This document shows, in pieces, positions 12,919 through 25,935 of a stretch of DNA of 64,000 nt. The DNA lies in contig CAXHJY010001412.1 in assembly GCA_964016885.1 (NCBI GenBank), forward strand, positions 13,291 through 77,290. Direction: 5' to 3'. A model generated the notes under the pieces. It saw only the letters and a list, made by a program, of their open reading frames with translations. It did not search any database and had not been told where the DNA came from. This DNA comes from Eledone cirrhosa. Lineage: Eukaryota. The stretch's first letter is position 1. Each line of letters starts with the position of its first letter. The translations under genes were made by a program, and so were the position numbers.

Positions 12919-13110
12919 GGGTGGTGAATTGGCAGTATCGGTAGAGGGTTGGACGCCATGCTTTCTAGCATAGTTACGTCCCTTTACATTCTGAGTTCAA
13001 ATCCCACCGAGGTTAACTTTGCCTTTCATCCTTACGGGGTCGATAAAATAAAGTACCAGTAATGTACTGGGTAATTGCTGGCCTTGTGCCTTAAGTAGAA
13101 ACAATTATTT
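12919..13110 (+). mobile_element. tRNA-derived SINE (octopus OK-like)
   Basis: A-box TGGCAGTATCGG, B-box GTTCAAATCC, central GCCTTTCATCC...GGGGTCGATAAAATAAAGTACCAG and an ATTATT tail. An imperfect ATTATTTCCTATTA duplication flanks it, and several copies occur in the window. Confidence 0.85.
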
Positions 13111-13261
13111 CCTATTAAACGGCATGTATAACATTTATGTGTGTTGGTGGTTATAACACCTTTAATTGGATGGTCACGGTTGGAACAGCACAAAAAAAAA
13201 GATGGAGAATCACCCATTGAAGTATTATCAAATTATATATATATATATATATATAAAAGGG

Positions 13262-13587
13262 ATAAAGAACCCCTTTGATCACGATTGGCCATGCGTTTTT
13301 GTACCTAGAAAATTCTCAGAGGTACAAGCCTAGGCAAGGTTTTTTTTTGTGGAAGACCAGCAGTTGTCCATGCATACCAGTCTCCTCTCTCCATGCCACC
13401 CATATTTTCCAAGACAAAGGCTGATACAGCTTGGCAGCAGTGACGTAACTTATTTTTGCAGTTGATTGAACTGGAGCAACATGAAATAAAGTGTCTTGCT
13501 CAAGGATACCACACACTGCCCGCTCCAGGCCTAATTGAACTCATGATTGTGAATCCATCACTCTAATGCCTAAGCCACATGCCTTCA
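13262..13587 (-). mobile_element. tRNA-derived SINE, second family
   Basis: The minus strand starts GAAGGCATGTGGCTTAG and contains TCCTTGAGCAAGACACTTTATTTCATGTTGCTCCAGTTCA. A related copy lies at about 35790-36010. Confidence 0.7.
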
Positions 13588-13599
13588 CACATATATATC

Positions 13600-15500
13600 A
13601 TCAACATCACTTTATATTTACTTTCCATGCTGGGTTTGACGAGTTATGATTTAAGATTAAATAAATTGTAGAGACTTCATTTGTTACATACATTCCATAT
13701 TTGGCATGGTATCTATGTCCTTCCTTTACAGAATGCACTGGGTCTATTTTATCATGACACCAGCACTCACACTTTACAGAGTGTACTGGGTGTATTTTAT
13801 TTGGGCACCAGCACTAGAGAGGTTGTAATATGCTAGGTCAGACTGGCGAATCCTCTCTTCCGATTGTTTACCACTTTACAGAGTGTACTGGGTGCACTCC
13901 ATCGTGGCACCAACACTAGAGAGGTTATTAGGTACTTTACAAGGCCAGAGAGTCTTCACCATTCTGGTGTCTCAGTCTGTTCACCCATCACTTTATGGAA
14001 TGAGTGGGTATAGAGTATTCCATTGTGATACTGCCACTTTGGAGACTGACTCATTCTCTGTACAGTGACACCACATTTATTTTTAGCATTGCTGCTTGCG
14101 CTGATGGCTGCGTCTTTTGTATTATGGCTTATTTGCCAGTCTGCTCTGTCCTGTATCATCTTCTTCAGGTTCAGACTCTTGAAGTCATTCTTCACATCTA
14201 TCTACCTATATGTGTATGTGTCCCTAGTTTAGAATAGTTACCCTGTATCCTGGTGTGTCATAAAAAGCGATTAAAAGGGTTAGTGTCAGGAAGAGCTGTA
14301 AAGTATTGCCTCAAAAAGTCCTGTCTAACCCATTCTATTTCCAGTTTTTCTCGTAATTCATCTGTGCTTAGTAATTCATACACACTAATGTTATATATCC
14401 AGTGGAACTTCTTTAATTTGTTTCTTAATCTTTGCACATTCTCTGCATTCACTGTCCATGTCTCGCTACCAGGCAACATTGCACATTGTTCATTGCTATG
14501 ATACAATCTACGCTTTGCATGAAGAGAGAATCCTTTCCAGCAGAGATAGTAACTCCCTCAACATTTTCCACCTTGTTCTATTTTATGACTAATATACTTT
14601 TGAAGCAGCTACCCCCACTGTGTATTATCAAGATAACACAACTTATGCTGACTGTTCATTACTCTTGTGTCACATACAAAGTTTACCTTCTCAGCTTATC
14701 TTTGATCTTACTACACCTCTTATGTACCCATAGTTTACAATAAGTACACCACGTGGAATTCTTACCTAATCTTTTTCTATTAATCACAGCCTTGATGTCA
14801 GTCGTGTCCTCACCTCTTTCCTACTAAAATGTTACTCAATAAAGTTAAAGATCTTCCATAGATCTGGGTGTAAGAACTAGATCATTAACATTCACAAGTT
14901 GCCACAGACAACCTGTAATTGCCTGGAAAACTGTAATAAACAAGAGGGGCTGAAAATGAAGCCTTGAAGGACACCTATCTGCACACTGAACCCATTATCA
15001 ACTCTCACTTTACATCACTGCACATAGCTTGCCATTCATCTTTTTAAATACAAGGTAAAAAGAGTATTGTACCCAATTAAAGGCCTTCTCCAAATCAATA
15101 CTATGTACAGTGGTTTATACTTAACTAAGAACTGTTCTTGCAACTGTTTCCCAATGAAGAAGGCATCAATAACAGTCCAACTTGGCTTAAATCTGAACTG
15201 TATATGTGTGTGTGTCTGCATGAACATGAATAAACATCCATGGATGAGTTGAGAAAAGAACTGGGCCTCAAGGAATAAAATACAATGTACAAGAGAGAAG
15301 ACTGTTAGTAAGGACATGTGATGTGTATGGATGATGGTTGTTGGGTGAAGAAGTATTAAGTGTTCCCGGTGGAAAAAAGCAGTCAAAGGGGAAAACTGCA
15401 AAACACTGACACTCGCAGAAGAGATGAAGGAACACAAGTGAAGAACAGCTGTGGTGGAGAAGACACATGGAAACACACAAAAACAGGCGTGTTTGCATGA
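13600..15500. mobile_element. Old, fragmented RTE LINE pieces in both orientations
   Basis: Minus-strand MLPGSETWTVNAENVQRL and IDAFFIGKQLQEQFLVKYKPLY, plus RTE 3' UTR motifs. A plus-strand piece lies at about 15240-15500. Confidence 0.65.
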
Positions 15501-15509
15501 TGAACTACC

Positions 15510-15646
15510 ACACAGTTTCTACCTATCAAATTTCACTCACAAAGTATTAGTCAAACAGAATCTATGGTAGACTTAGCCAAGGTAACTGAAGCTAAAACCA
15601 TGCGCTTGTTAAGAGGAATTCTTAACAATGCAGTTATTTCTGCACA
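15510..15646 (-). mobile_element. Degenerate OR-like SINE
   Basis: Minus-strand TTTGTGAGTGAAATTTGATAGGTAGAAACTGTG resembles the plus-strand copy at about 30655-30800. Confidence 0.45.
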
Positions 15647-15944
15647 TATAAACATATATATCATTATCATCATTTAATGTCCATTTTCCCTACAGGGCTA
15701 CTGCCCTTCTAGGCAGACCAAGGACCTGCATCTTGCTTAAATACAGTCCTATCTACTAAGTGCATTTTACCATGACACCAGCACTAGAAATGTTGTTATG
15801 CCTTTGACACAACTGAAGGGTCCTACAAATCCTTTGTTTGGCAAGTTTTCTGCCTGTGCATGCATGTATGAAAGTTCTAGTTTAAAAGCTACTGAGCCAC
15901 CATGAAAACAAAGTACCTGAAATATGTAGATTCTGAGAAATTCA

Positions 15945-18900
15945 CATCATCATCTTTTAACGTCCATCTTCCACGCTTGCATGGGTTTGGACGGGAATTT
16001 TCCCACTTGAGGCAAGATTGGTCGTCTTGCTCGTATAGGACTGTCTGGCGGGTTTTCTACGGCTGTATGCCCTTCCTAACACCAACCACGTTTACAGTGT
16101 GGACTGGGAGGTTTTTACCGTGTTACCTACACGGTCACATTACAGCGTGGACTGTGTGTTTTTTTTGTCGTGACACCTACACGACCTCATTTGTTTCGGA
16201 CTGGATGTTGTGGTACCAACATAACTTTACATTGAAAGGGGTGGTGTGGATGGGGTGGGGGTAGTGGGACTGGGGTGTATTTTTATTAGAGGTGCCTACT
16301 GACTGTAGGTTTCGCTTTGTACTTAGGCAAGGCAGGTCTTCTGTATTACTGTGTAACGCCAAAGATCTCGGTCCAGTGACATTGTCTTGGAGAGGTGTAA
16401 TTGTGTGAGGTTGGAATTTATCAAGTCGTTCCAGGTTTTTCTGGGTCTGCCTACTCCATGGCTACCGTCTATTTTTATCGCCCTGCACTTTTTTATACAG
16501 CTGTCGTCTTTCATGCGCATCACATGACCGTACCAACGTAGTCTTCTCTCGAGTAAACAACATCTGATCCCTTTTATTCCTAATTTCTCCCTTAGTTCGT
16601 TTATGCTTTGCCGTTCACATATATTACTATTCCACATCCAGCGGAGCATGCAAGCTTCGTTCCTCTCCAGTCTGCATATATCCTCTGCACACAAGGCCCA
16701 TGTCTCACTGCCATGTAACATTGCTGTTCATATGCAGGCATCATACAGCCTGCCTTTCATTTTTAGAGATAACTCTTTAGCAGCCAATAGTGGTATAAGT
16801 TCTCTGAACTTTTCCATCCCGTTCTGACTCTAGCTACTGTACTTTCAGAGTACCCTCCACCACTGGTGATTTTGTAACCCAGGTAACGGAAGGTGTCCAC
16901 TATTTCTATAGAACCATCTGTGCAATGGAATGAGCTAGTATTCTGTCGGCACTTGCTGCTACTTATTGCACCAGAGCACCGGCCACATATAAAATCTATA
17001 TTTTTAGTTAGCTTACCTGTGATCCCACTACATCTTTTATGCACCCATACTTTGCATTTGGGACATAAAATGGAGTTTCTGCCTACTCCTTTCCTACACA
17101 CTGAGCATGGCCATTTCCCAGATGGGACTGGTGCCCTATTTTCCTTCCTACAAACTAGAACTTTAGTCTTAGACAGGTTAATTTTAAGGCCTTTTGATTC
17201 TCGGCCATGCTTCCATGTTTGGAATTTCTTCTCTAGTTCGGCCATTGATTCAGCTATGAGCGTTAGATCATCTGCGTATAGGAGTTCCCATGGGCAGCCG
17301 GTCTTGAACTCCTCTGTTATAGCCTGAAGCGCAATAATAAATAGGAGGGGGCTAAGAACGGAGCCCTGATGAACACCAACTTTTACGCTAAACTCTTCAC
17401 TATATTCGTTGTTAATTCTAACCTTGCTGACTGTTTCTTTATACATGGCTTGTATAGCTCTCACAAGCCATTCATCAACACCTAGTTTTCTAAGAGCCCA
17501 CCAGATAATGGAGCGGGGGACTGTCAAAAGCTTTCTCCAAGTCAACAAAAGCTAAGTATAGGGGTTTACTTTTCGCTAGGTACTTCTCCTGTAGTTGCCG
17601 TACAATGAAAAGAGCTTCTGTGGTACTTTTACCTGACACAAACCCGAACGCATTTCATCTAGATCAATTCGCTCTCTGATTAGTTGCGCTATTACTTTTT
17701 CTGTGACCTTCATGACCTGGTCGATTAATTTAATGCCTCTATAGTTACTCCTATCTAGGGCATCTCCTTTACCCTTGTAGCAGTTAATGATGATGCTGCT
17801 ACGCCAGTCCTTCGGAACGACCCCATTCTGTATGACTTGGTTTACTATCCGGGTGACCATAGTGTGTCCCACCGTTCCAGATGCTTTCAGCATTTCAGCA
17901 ACTATTTCCGAAGGCCCAGCCGCCTTACCCGTCTTCATATCTTTGATTGCCTTACTTATTATACTACCTTCAACTAGCACTGCTGGTCCCTCTATTGGAT
18001 CAATGTGGAGCAGACTGTCTTTCTCCCAATTATTCCCCTCATTTAGTAGCCTTTCGTAGTGACACTTCCAAGCTACCTTCTTATCAGCATCAGTGATGGC
18101 AAGTACATCATCATCATTAAGGACACACTTCTCCCCGACAATATCACTGTTTTCCTTGACGCATTGCCTAGCAATCCTGAACACCTCACGTTTTCGGTCC
18201 TCGCATTGTAGAACATGCTTGAACTTTCTTTCCTCTGCTTCCCTTCTTGCGAAGTACACTCGTCTCCTAGCTTCCCTCCTGGCCACTTGATAGTCTTCTC
18301 TACTTCCCCTATCCCGCCATACTTTCCAAGCCTGCTTTTTGGCCTTAATTGACTCCTCCACCTTACTATTCCACCACCACGTTACTCTCCTCCTGCCTAT
18401 AGGCCTACTCCAGCCACAGACATCATCTGCCGCCTTCAGCAGGTTAGCTTTCAGGAATTCCCACTGTTCCTCTATATTGTACGACTAATTGCTCTTCCTT
18501 ACTGTCAAAAGCATCAAGTAATATGCTTTTAAATTTATTACTGGCTGTGGGGCCCTTTAGCTTCCATATTTTTCTCCTGAGGATAGTCTTCCTCTGTTGT
18601 CGAGTACGTGTTGTCCTGACTATGCGGTCGCTGACTATGAGTATGTTGGGAGGTGCGTTCTTCGTGGGGGAGGGATTTAGTGTTTACAACAGACACTATA
18701 TCACGTCTTCTGGTAAGGATATAATCTATCTGACTGGCGTGTTCCCCTGATCTATAGGTGATCAAGTGATTGTCTTGTTTTTTGAAGTTAGTGTTACAGA
18801 TAGGTTATTTGCGTCACAGAATTCCAGGATTCTGGAGCCTTCCTCATTTCTAGTACCAAACCCATAGCCTCCATGGATTCCGTCATAGCCATCACAATGT

Positions 18901-19536
18901 TGTCCAACGTGACCGTTTAGGTCGGCAGCAATAATTATGTAGTCACTGTCGGTTATTTGGGAGGTAGTGAGCATCAATGTCTCATAGAATCTGTCTTTTA
19001 TAATGCCAGGCAGTCCGGATTGGGGTGCGTACGCAAATATTACTGTCACAGTAGTTCTATTTAGGACAAGTCTTATTTTAATTATTCTGTCGTTCACTCT
19101 ATTTACGTCTATTATCTTATCTACCCATTTTCTGCTAACATGATTCCTACCCCACCCAGAAAAGCTTATAGCATCGTTTTTTACCCACAATGAATCTAGC
19201 CGACCTACCCCTCCACCTGGTCTCTTGGATACAGCAAACATCAACCTCCTTACGTTCAAGCATTTCTACAACCTTGTTAGAGCGACCTTTTAAGGTGCCT
19301 ACATTCATGGTACCAACTCTGAAGTTTTGGATTGCGTTTGGTGGGTGGGAACGGTGGGGCGCGGGGAGGGGGCTGGGGTTATGTTGGCCATCCACGGCCG
19401 AAATAAAGAGGAGGAGTCTTTGCCTTTTCGTCCGGCAGCATGAGGTGAATTTGTCTTTATCTTTGGCATTGTCACTGAGTGTCAGATTTTCAGACTCTCC
19501 AGAATTCCCTAGTCCATCCATCATATCAAAAGGCAA
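15945..19536 (-). mobile_element. Near full-length RTE LINE (APE endonuclease, RT, PHD-like finger), multiply frameshifted (subfamily B)
   Basis: Successive minus ORFs: FRVGTMNVGTL/CCIQETRW (19147-19536), AYAPQ/ADLNGHVG (18762-19259), SQIDYIL (18538-18765), RT (17576-18361 and 16763-17548 with YADD) and HGSETW (16323-16721). The (CAT)n tail is at 15945. The 5' end is not defined. Confidence 0.95.
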
Positions 19537-21092
19537 CCAGAAGAAGTGATAGCATAGGCTGCTGACTTATGATTGGTCTAAATAATAATGGTGGCGAGTG
19601 GGGGCGGGTGGGAGGGGTATGGGTAGTTAACGAGAAGGTTTAAATAAAATCCTCGAATTTTGGGCATAATTGGACAAGCATATAACAGTAATAAGCGAAT
19701 AGTGGGATTTTAAAATACAAGAAGATTATTTAGAACAACCAGACAGAATTATAGAATAGCATTGAAAAAGAGCAAGGATTCTGGGCGATGATACGGATAT
19801 ATGGATGGACCGGGAAGATGGAGAGACAAGAAAAATGGCATTTTACATTACATTTCACAGGAGAGCGAGCAGTGTGACCATTAATAAGATTTGACAAATT
19901 CTGAGATTCGTACCTTGTAACAGGTTTGAGATTGTTATTTTAGAAAAACAAACGAGAAGGTTATAAAACATCAGAATTTTCGGCCAAAATTAAACAAACA
20001 CACTATGTATTAATCCTAAAAAATACATACCTAAATGCAAACATCATTTAATGTCTATTTGTTCATGTTCACAGACACATCTTTACCTAATTTAACTGGA
20101 AGCCAGGTTTTAAAGCAAGAAATTAACAAGAAAGCAAGATGACTGTTTTGATTTTAGTGTAACTCAATGTCTTCCCACCACAATAGTTTTATTATCATAC
20201 CTATACATATGTAATGAACTCATTTTACAAGTGTTGCACTTAGAATTTAAAACAGTTGAGGACCTTAACAAGAATGACAGGTTATTATTATTATCATTCA
20301 ATGGTTGATAAAAAAAAAAGATCCAGTTGTATAACAAAGTAACTTAAAAAATTATGATCAATAAAAATATTTTTCCTGAGATTAATTTCTTCTTCAATCT
20401 GGAACAAAGAGTATATTGATTCTATTAATAAAACTGAAGCTCACTGGTTGCCCAGCAATGCTTAATTAGATAAACATATGGGATTTTTGATAAAATGAAT
20501 TTAACCTAAGTTAACAGCACAAGTAGGAGAGGCTAGATGATAGAATGCATAGGGTACCAGTCACACAACCAAGTCATCAGTGGTCTATATTCTGTTACAA
20601 GCACATTCATTCTCAAATTTATAGTAACCTTATGTGAGTGTATGTGTATTTGCATGTTTATACTTATATACTCATACATATAAATGTATACATATGCAGG
20701 TTAGTTGCAGATAGTTTATCCACAAAAATGTTTGTAATTAAAGAATTATTAAATTAGTCTATTTATTTCATATTATATTTGCTGATTTATTTTTTATTAT
20801 TTTTGTAGATGCTTGAAGTTGGTGAGGTGGTTTGATTTAAAAAAAACTGGGGATCCTTGGACTAGAGATTATATATGATAAACAAGTTGCATCTTTATTG
20901 ATATTGTTTATTTTACTTCATGTATGTTCCCTTGTTGAACTAAGAGGTAATGATTGTTAGCTTTTATTAGTAGTGGTTACAAGGATGATGATGATGATGA
21001 TGTTCTACAACAGTTTAAAAGTGTTTATATTTATCTAAAAACCTTTCATCATAATTTTATGTAGGAATCTTTATTAAAATATGTTAATAATG

Positions 21093-21309
21093 GTTTCTTA
21101 TATAGGCACAAGGCCAGCAATTTTGGGGAAGGGGAAAGTCGATTATATCGACCCCAGTACGTGACTGGTACTTTATTTTATCAACCCCATAAGGATGAAA
21201 GGCAAAGTGAAACTCGGCAGGATTTGAACTCAGACTATAAAGCGGCGTAACTCTATACTGCAAAGCATGGCATCCGACCTTCTACCAATACTGCCAATCC
21301 CCCACCTTC
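21093..21309 (-). mobile_element. OK-like SINE with 16-bp target site duplication
   Basis: Reverse complement of the 12919 family. AAATATGTTAATAATG is duplicated at 21077-21092 and 21310-21325. Confidence 0.85.
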
Positions 21310-21607
21310 AAATATGTTAATAATGAGAATGTTAGTTACTATATATCTCCAAATTTTTGATTATTTTCAAAATGATTTCAAAATCATAGGCAGTATCTTT
21401 CCTTAGAAATATGGTAATGAAAAGTTAATATTTAGTAAAATTTATTGAACTGCTCCCCCATTATCAATCTCCTCCCACTATCACCCCATATATGTCTACC
21501 TAATCTGAATATGGGAATTACATGCACAGTTAATTTTTATTTTTTTACCAAAGTGACAATTTACAATTAGCTGAAGAGAAATTTTCCAAAATCTGTATCA
21601 TTTCACT

Positions 21608-22620
21608 ATCATCATCATCACCGTTTTACGTCCATTCTTCCACGCTAGCATGGGTTAGACGGATTGTCCTGTCATGGGCAGTGTCTGGTCGGCTGACCTT
21701 GTTTTGCTCATACGGGAACTGATTCTGGCTTGATTTCTACAGCTGGATGCCCTTCCTAACACCAACCTCATTTACAGTGTGGACTGGGTGCTTTTTTTCC
21801 GTGACACCTACACGTCCACTTTACAGTGGGAGGGGGTGGGGGCATATTGTCTATATGCTTCAGCTTCAGCTTGTACCGTTGGGGTGGTTGGGTCTTCTAC
21901 ATTACTGCGTGATGCCAGACTTCTCGGTCCTGTGTTATCGCCTTTGAGAGGTGCAATTGGGTAAGGTCGGCTTTTTTCACCCCATCCCAAGTCTTCCTGA
22001 GTCTCACCACTCTGCGGCTTCCATCGACTTCTAGTGCTTTGCACCTTTTTATACAGCTGTCGTCCTTCATACGCATCACATGTCTATACCAACGTAATCC
22101 TCTCCTGCACACAGCATTTGATTCCTCTTATGCTCAGACTCTCTCTCAATTCGTTTATGCTTTGCTGTTCGCATATATTACTATTACACTTCCATTGGAA
22201 CATGCAAGCTTCGTTTCTTTCCAGTCTATGCAACTCTACACACAACGCCCAGGTCTCACTACCATGTAACATTGCTGTTCATATGCATGCATCATACAGT
22301 CTGCCTTTCATTTTGAGGGAAAAGCCTTTTGCAGCTAGCAGTGGTAGTAGCTCCCTGAACTTCTTCCATCCCGTTCTTACTCTGGCTACTGTACTTTCAG
22401 AACACCCATCTCTGCTGCTAATTCGGTCACCTAGGTAGCAGAAGCTGTCTACTGTTTCTACAGAGCCCTCCCAGAATTTGGTAGCGTTTGTTTCCTGTGG
22501 CTGTTTGCTGCTTGCTGTCTTGGTGCAGCTGCTACATTCTTAGATAAGCTTCTTGAGATCCCACTACATCTCTTGTGTACCCAGAATTTGGATTTGAGAC
22601 AGAGGATGGAATTTCTATTT
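21608..22620 (-). mobile_element. RTE LINE 3' fragment (subfamily A)
   Basis: Closely matches the reverse complement of about 11400-12456, including the 3' UTR and (CAT)n tail. Confidence 0.92.
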
Positions 22621-22699
22621 GTTTGTAGATCCTAATTAACAACAATCAAACTAGAAAGTAATTTACATTTTCTTAATGATAAAGTAAATTATTTTCTGG

Positions 22700-22746
22700 T
22701 TAACCCATGCTAGCATGGAAGGTAGACGTTAAACGATGATGATGAT
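22700..22746 (+). mobile_element. Very short RTE 3' end
   Basis: TAACCCATGCTAGCATGGAAGGTAGACGTTAAAC(GAT)n matches the RTE terminus at 12400-12456. Confidence 0.8.
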
Positions 22747-22974
22747 AATTTATCTTAATGATAAAGAAAGCTACCTTTGAATGAAGAGAATCTCAAATAC
22801 TTAGGCATCAAGTACTTTGTGATGACTCCTACCACGAAGTGGTTTTAAGTTCAAACATTTATTCTTCCAAGAAATAAATACCAAAAATATCTGAACCGTT
22901 GAAGAATATTTCAATAAATGTATTATTTGTTTGTCTCTTTTTACATAAAGATATATTAACGCTTTCAAATAAAG

Positions 22975-23290
22975 TAATGATCAGAGAGTCACTCCAAATA
23001 GAGCCACTATTTCTCCGAATTGAGATATTACAGCTGCAATACTATGGGCATGTGGTTATAATGTCTCAGGAAAGAATCGCTGGACAGATTTTACTGACAA
23101 AATCAACCGGCAGGAGACCAGGGGTAGACCCTGAGCAAGATGGTTGGATAACATCGATGAGTTTGGCTGGTCACACTTGGAGATCCAGCTGGATCAGTTG
23201 GAGATGGTTGCTTCTGAAAAGACCCACAGGAAGGAGTGTTTGAGGACTCTTCCCCCATGACCCTCTCAGGAATTAATGGGAGAAGAAAAA
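22975..23290 (+). mobile_element. 3' fragment of a different RTE-clade LINE
   Basis: IRESLQIEPLFLRIEILQLQYYGHVVIMSQER...GRRP(RGRP)..RWLDNI is an RTE C-terminal domain signature. Confidence 0.7.
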
Positions 23291-23744
23291 GATTACTATA
23301 TTTCCAATGAAAGACATTGCCTTTGATTTTCCAATCATTGTGAAAATAACCAATTTAGATGTATTTTTGTTATATGGCTTTTTCATTATTTTGTTGGTGT
23401 TTGGACTTTAGCTTAATAATGATTATTACACCAAATTATGATACAAGGTATTAGATAAATATAAACACTTTAAAATAAACATTAGCATACAATAGAACTA
23501 AGAACAGTTTCAGTCAGTTTGGTAGCAAAAGAATTAAAAAGACTTCAGTGTTAACCCTTACTCCTCTCCCAAGAATTAATGTAAGTAGAGAAGTTAGCTC
23601 CTAAAGTCTCTCCAGACTTTTAAGCTGGAGTTTAAACTTAACTTTAAAACAAATTTCTTGCAGAATTCAAACGTGAAATTAATGATTAGGTTTTAAGAAA
23701 AGCTTGCCTGTGATATAAAGCTTTCCCAGTCTGAGGTGGTTGAC

Positions 23745-24965
23745 AGCTTCTGCTACCTAGTAGAAGAGGGTGTTCTGAGAGCATAGTAGTTAGAATAAAG
23801 ACAGGATGGAAGTTTAGAGAGCTACTACCTCTGTTGACAACAAAGGGTCTCATCCTATGAATGAAAGGTCGGCTGTAAGACAACTGTCTGCAAAGTGTGA
23901 TGCTGCATGGTAATGAGACATGAGCAGTGAATGCAGAGGATATGTGATGACTAGAGAGAAATGAAGCAAGCTTTGATGGATACACATTTTATGTATGTTT
24001 TCCATACCGGTATTGATGGAATGGATGGGCTGTTAATTTATGAAACTAGACAAGTCAGATGATCATGTTTTGGTCATACACTCCATTTTGGTAAGGTGTC
24101 TATGGCTGGATGCGCTTCCTAATGCTCACCAGTTTACATTGTGCACTGGGTGCATTTTATCATAGCACCAGCATTACCACTTTATAGAGTGCACTGCATG
24201 TTTTTTTTTATTGTGGCACCAGCATGACCACTTTACAGAGGGGACCAGGTGCTTTTCATTGTGACATCAATACTAGCACTTTACAGAGTGTACTGAGTGC
24301 ATTTTATGGTACCAACACTAGGGTGATTGTTATGTCCTTGACCAAGCTAGAAACCTTATATTTTTAAACCTAGCAAAGACTGCATAAGCCTTCCTCTTGT
24401 AATTGTTGAGTTGACCCCATTAGACTATTTTAAAATGGTACAATGGATGATTGGAGCTAGTATGGTACGTGACAACCTTTCTAGTGTTGAATCCACTATA
24501 AAGGCATCCAGTATACTCTGTAAAGCAGTTGCTATTTGAATACTAACAACATAGGACAGAATGGACTTCAGTTATGTCAAAGACATAACCTTTCTAGTGT
24601 TGGTACTACAATAAAATGCACCTAGTACACTCTGCAAAGTGGTCGGCATTACAAAGAGCATCCAGCCCTAGAAACAATATCACAATGGGTAGAGAGGACT
24701 CTTTGGTTGCATCAAAGGCAAGACAACCTCTCTGGTGCTATAATAAAATGCACCCAGTACACTCTGTAAAGTGATTAGCATTAGGAAGGGTATCCAACCA
24801 TTGAAACCGTGCCAAAATGGAACGTATTTGAACGAGATGTTTCATCCAGCGTAGGAGTTGGATGAAATCAAAGCTTCTGTTTTCATAGACAATAGCTCTA
24901 ATTAAGTACAGACTTGGTTTGTAACACCCCATCCAACCCATGCCAGAATGGAAAAATAGATATAC
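23745..24965. mobile_element. Degenerate RTE fragments and reiterated 3' UTR modules
   Basis: A plus-strand GWKFRELLPLL...LHGNETW piece lies at 23745-23985, with a minus-strand 3' UTR at about 24000-24340 and a plus-strand 3' UTR at about 24500-24960. Confidence 0.65.
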
Positions 24966-25935
24966 AATAAGTTCAATAGTAGATAGGAAGGAATGTGCTG
25001 AAAGAGTAACTCCAAATTTGAAGGATGAAAAAATTAGGAAAATTGTTTGGCATGTGATCTAGGAAGTAAGGCATTGTATGAACATTAAAAAGATAAGAAC
25101 TCTTTAATAAGAAATGATCTAGATCAGAAACCCTTGACCCCTTATCAACTTCAGGCATCTACAAAAATTAAGTAAATAAATCAGTAAAGAGAATATAAAA
25201 TAATTAGACAGTGTATTTTTTTGTACTATTTTATGTATCTTCATTTCTTATACAAATATCAGATTTTGGTACAAATGTTCAACAAAAAAAAACATCCAAG
25301 GCCCTGACCGAGATTGAAGCATCATCAAAGGAAAAAAACAAGCAATGTAGTAATAGTTGGTATAGAGAGGGAAAGTTGAAAGAATTTCACAGAACCATAG
25401 AGACTGGTGATTAATCTCCCTGATGACATTTTATTGTACATATCAAATAATTCAAAGATCATGAAGAAGAATGAAAAAAAAATCCTTATTTTTCTAAGTA
25501 CACTCCTGGTGGTGGAGAAATGTCAGCAGATGCAAATTGGGTGTTCACAGTAAGAGTAATGTTTGTATGATTTTATTTATTGTAGAGCTGAGCAATGGGA
25601 GTGAGATTGGGTGGATGATGCCATCAGAATAGTAATAGCTGGTTGGGAGACAGAGAAAGGTTATTCATGTAGAAGAGAAAGAGTGAAGAGTGTTGGAAAG
25701 ATTTGGTATCAAAAAGGTTATGTAATGACTGAAGTGATGAATTAGTAGCAATGAAGATTAGATAGGTAACCAATCAGTCAAAATATTGGGAACTCATATT
25801 GGTGGGTGTTGTGACAGAAACTAAATTCAATGTCTTATAATTACTAGTCATTTGTAACTTTCTCCATTTCAGCAAAACTTGCCTTCCTACACTATCTTCA
25901 AATATACAAGATTCATGCTACAGCTTTATCAGACA

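Noticed and set aside
12919-13010. tRNA gene
   Set aside because: A and B boxes are present but there is no cloverleaf. It continues into a repeated SINE body with tail and TSD.
15925-19910. Target site duplication delimiting the full-length RTE (ATTCTGAGA at about 15930 and 19898)
   Set aside because: The match is too short and not adjacent to the tail in an AT-rich context, so the 5' end remains undefined.
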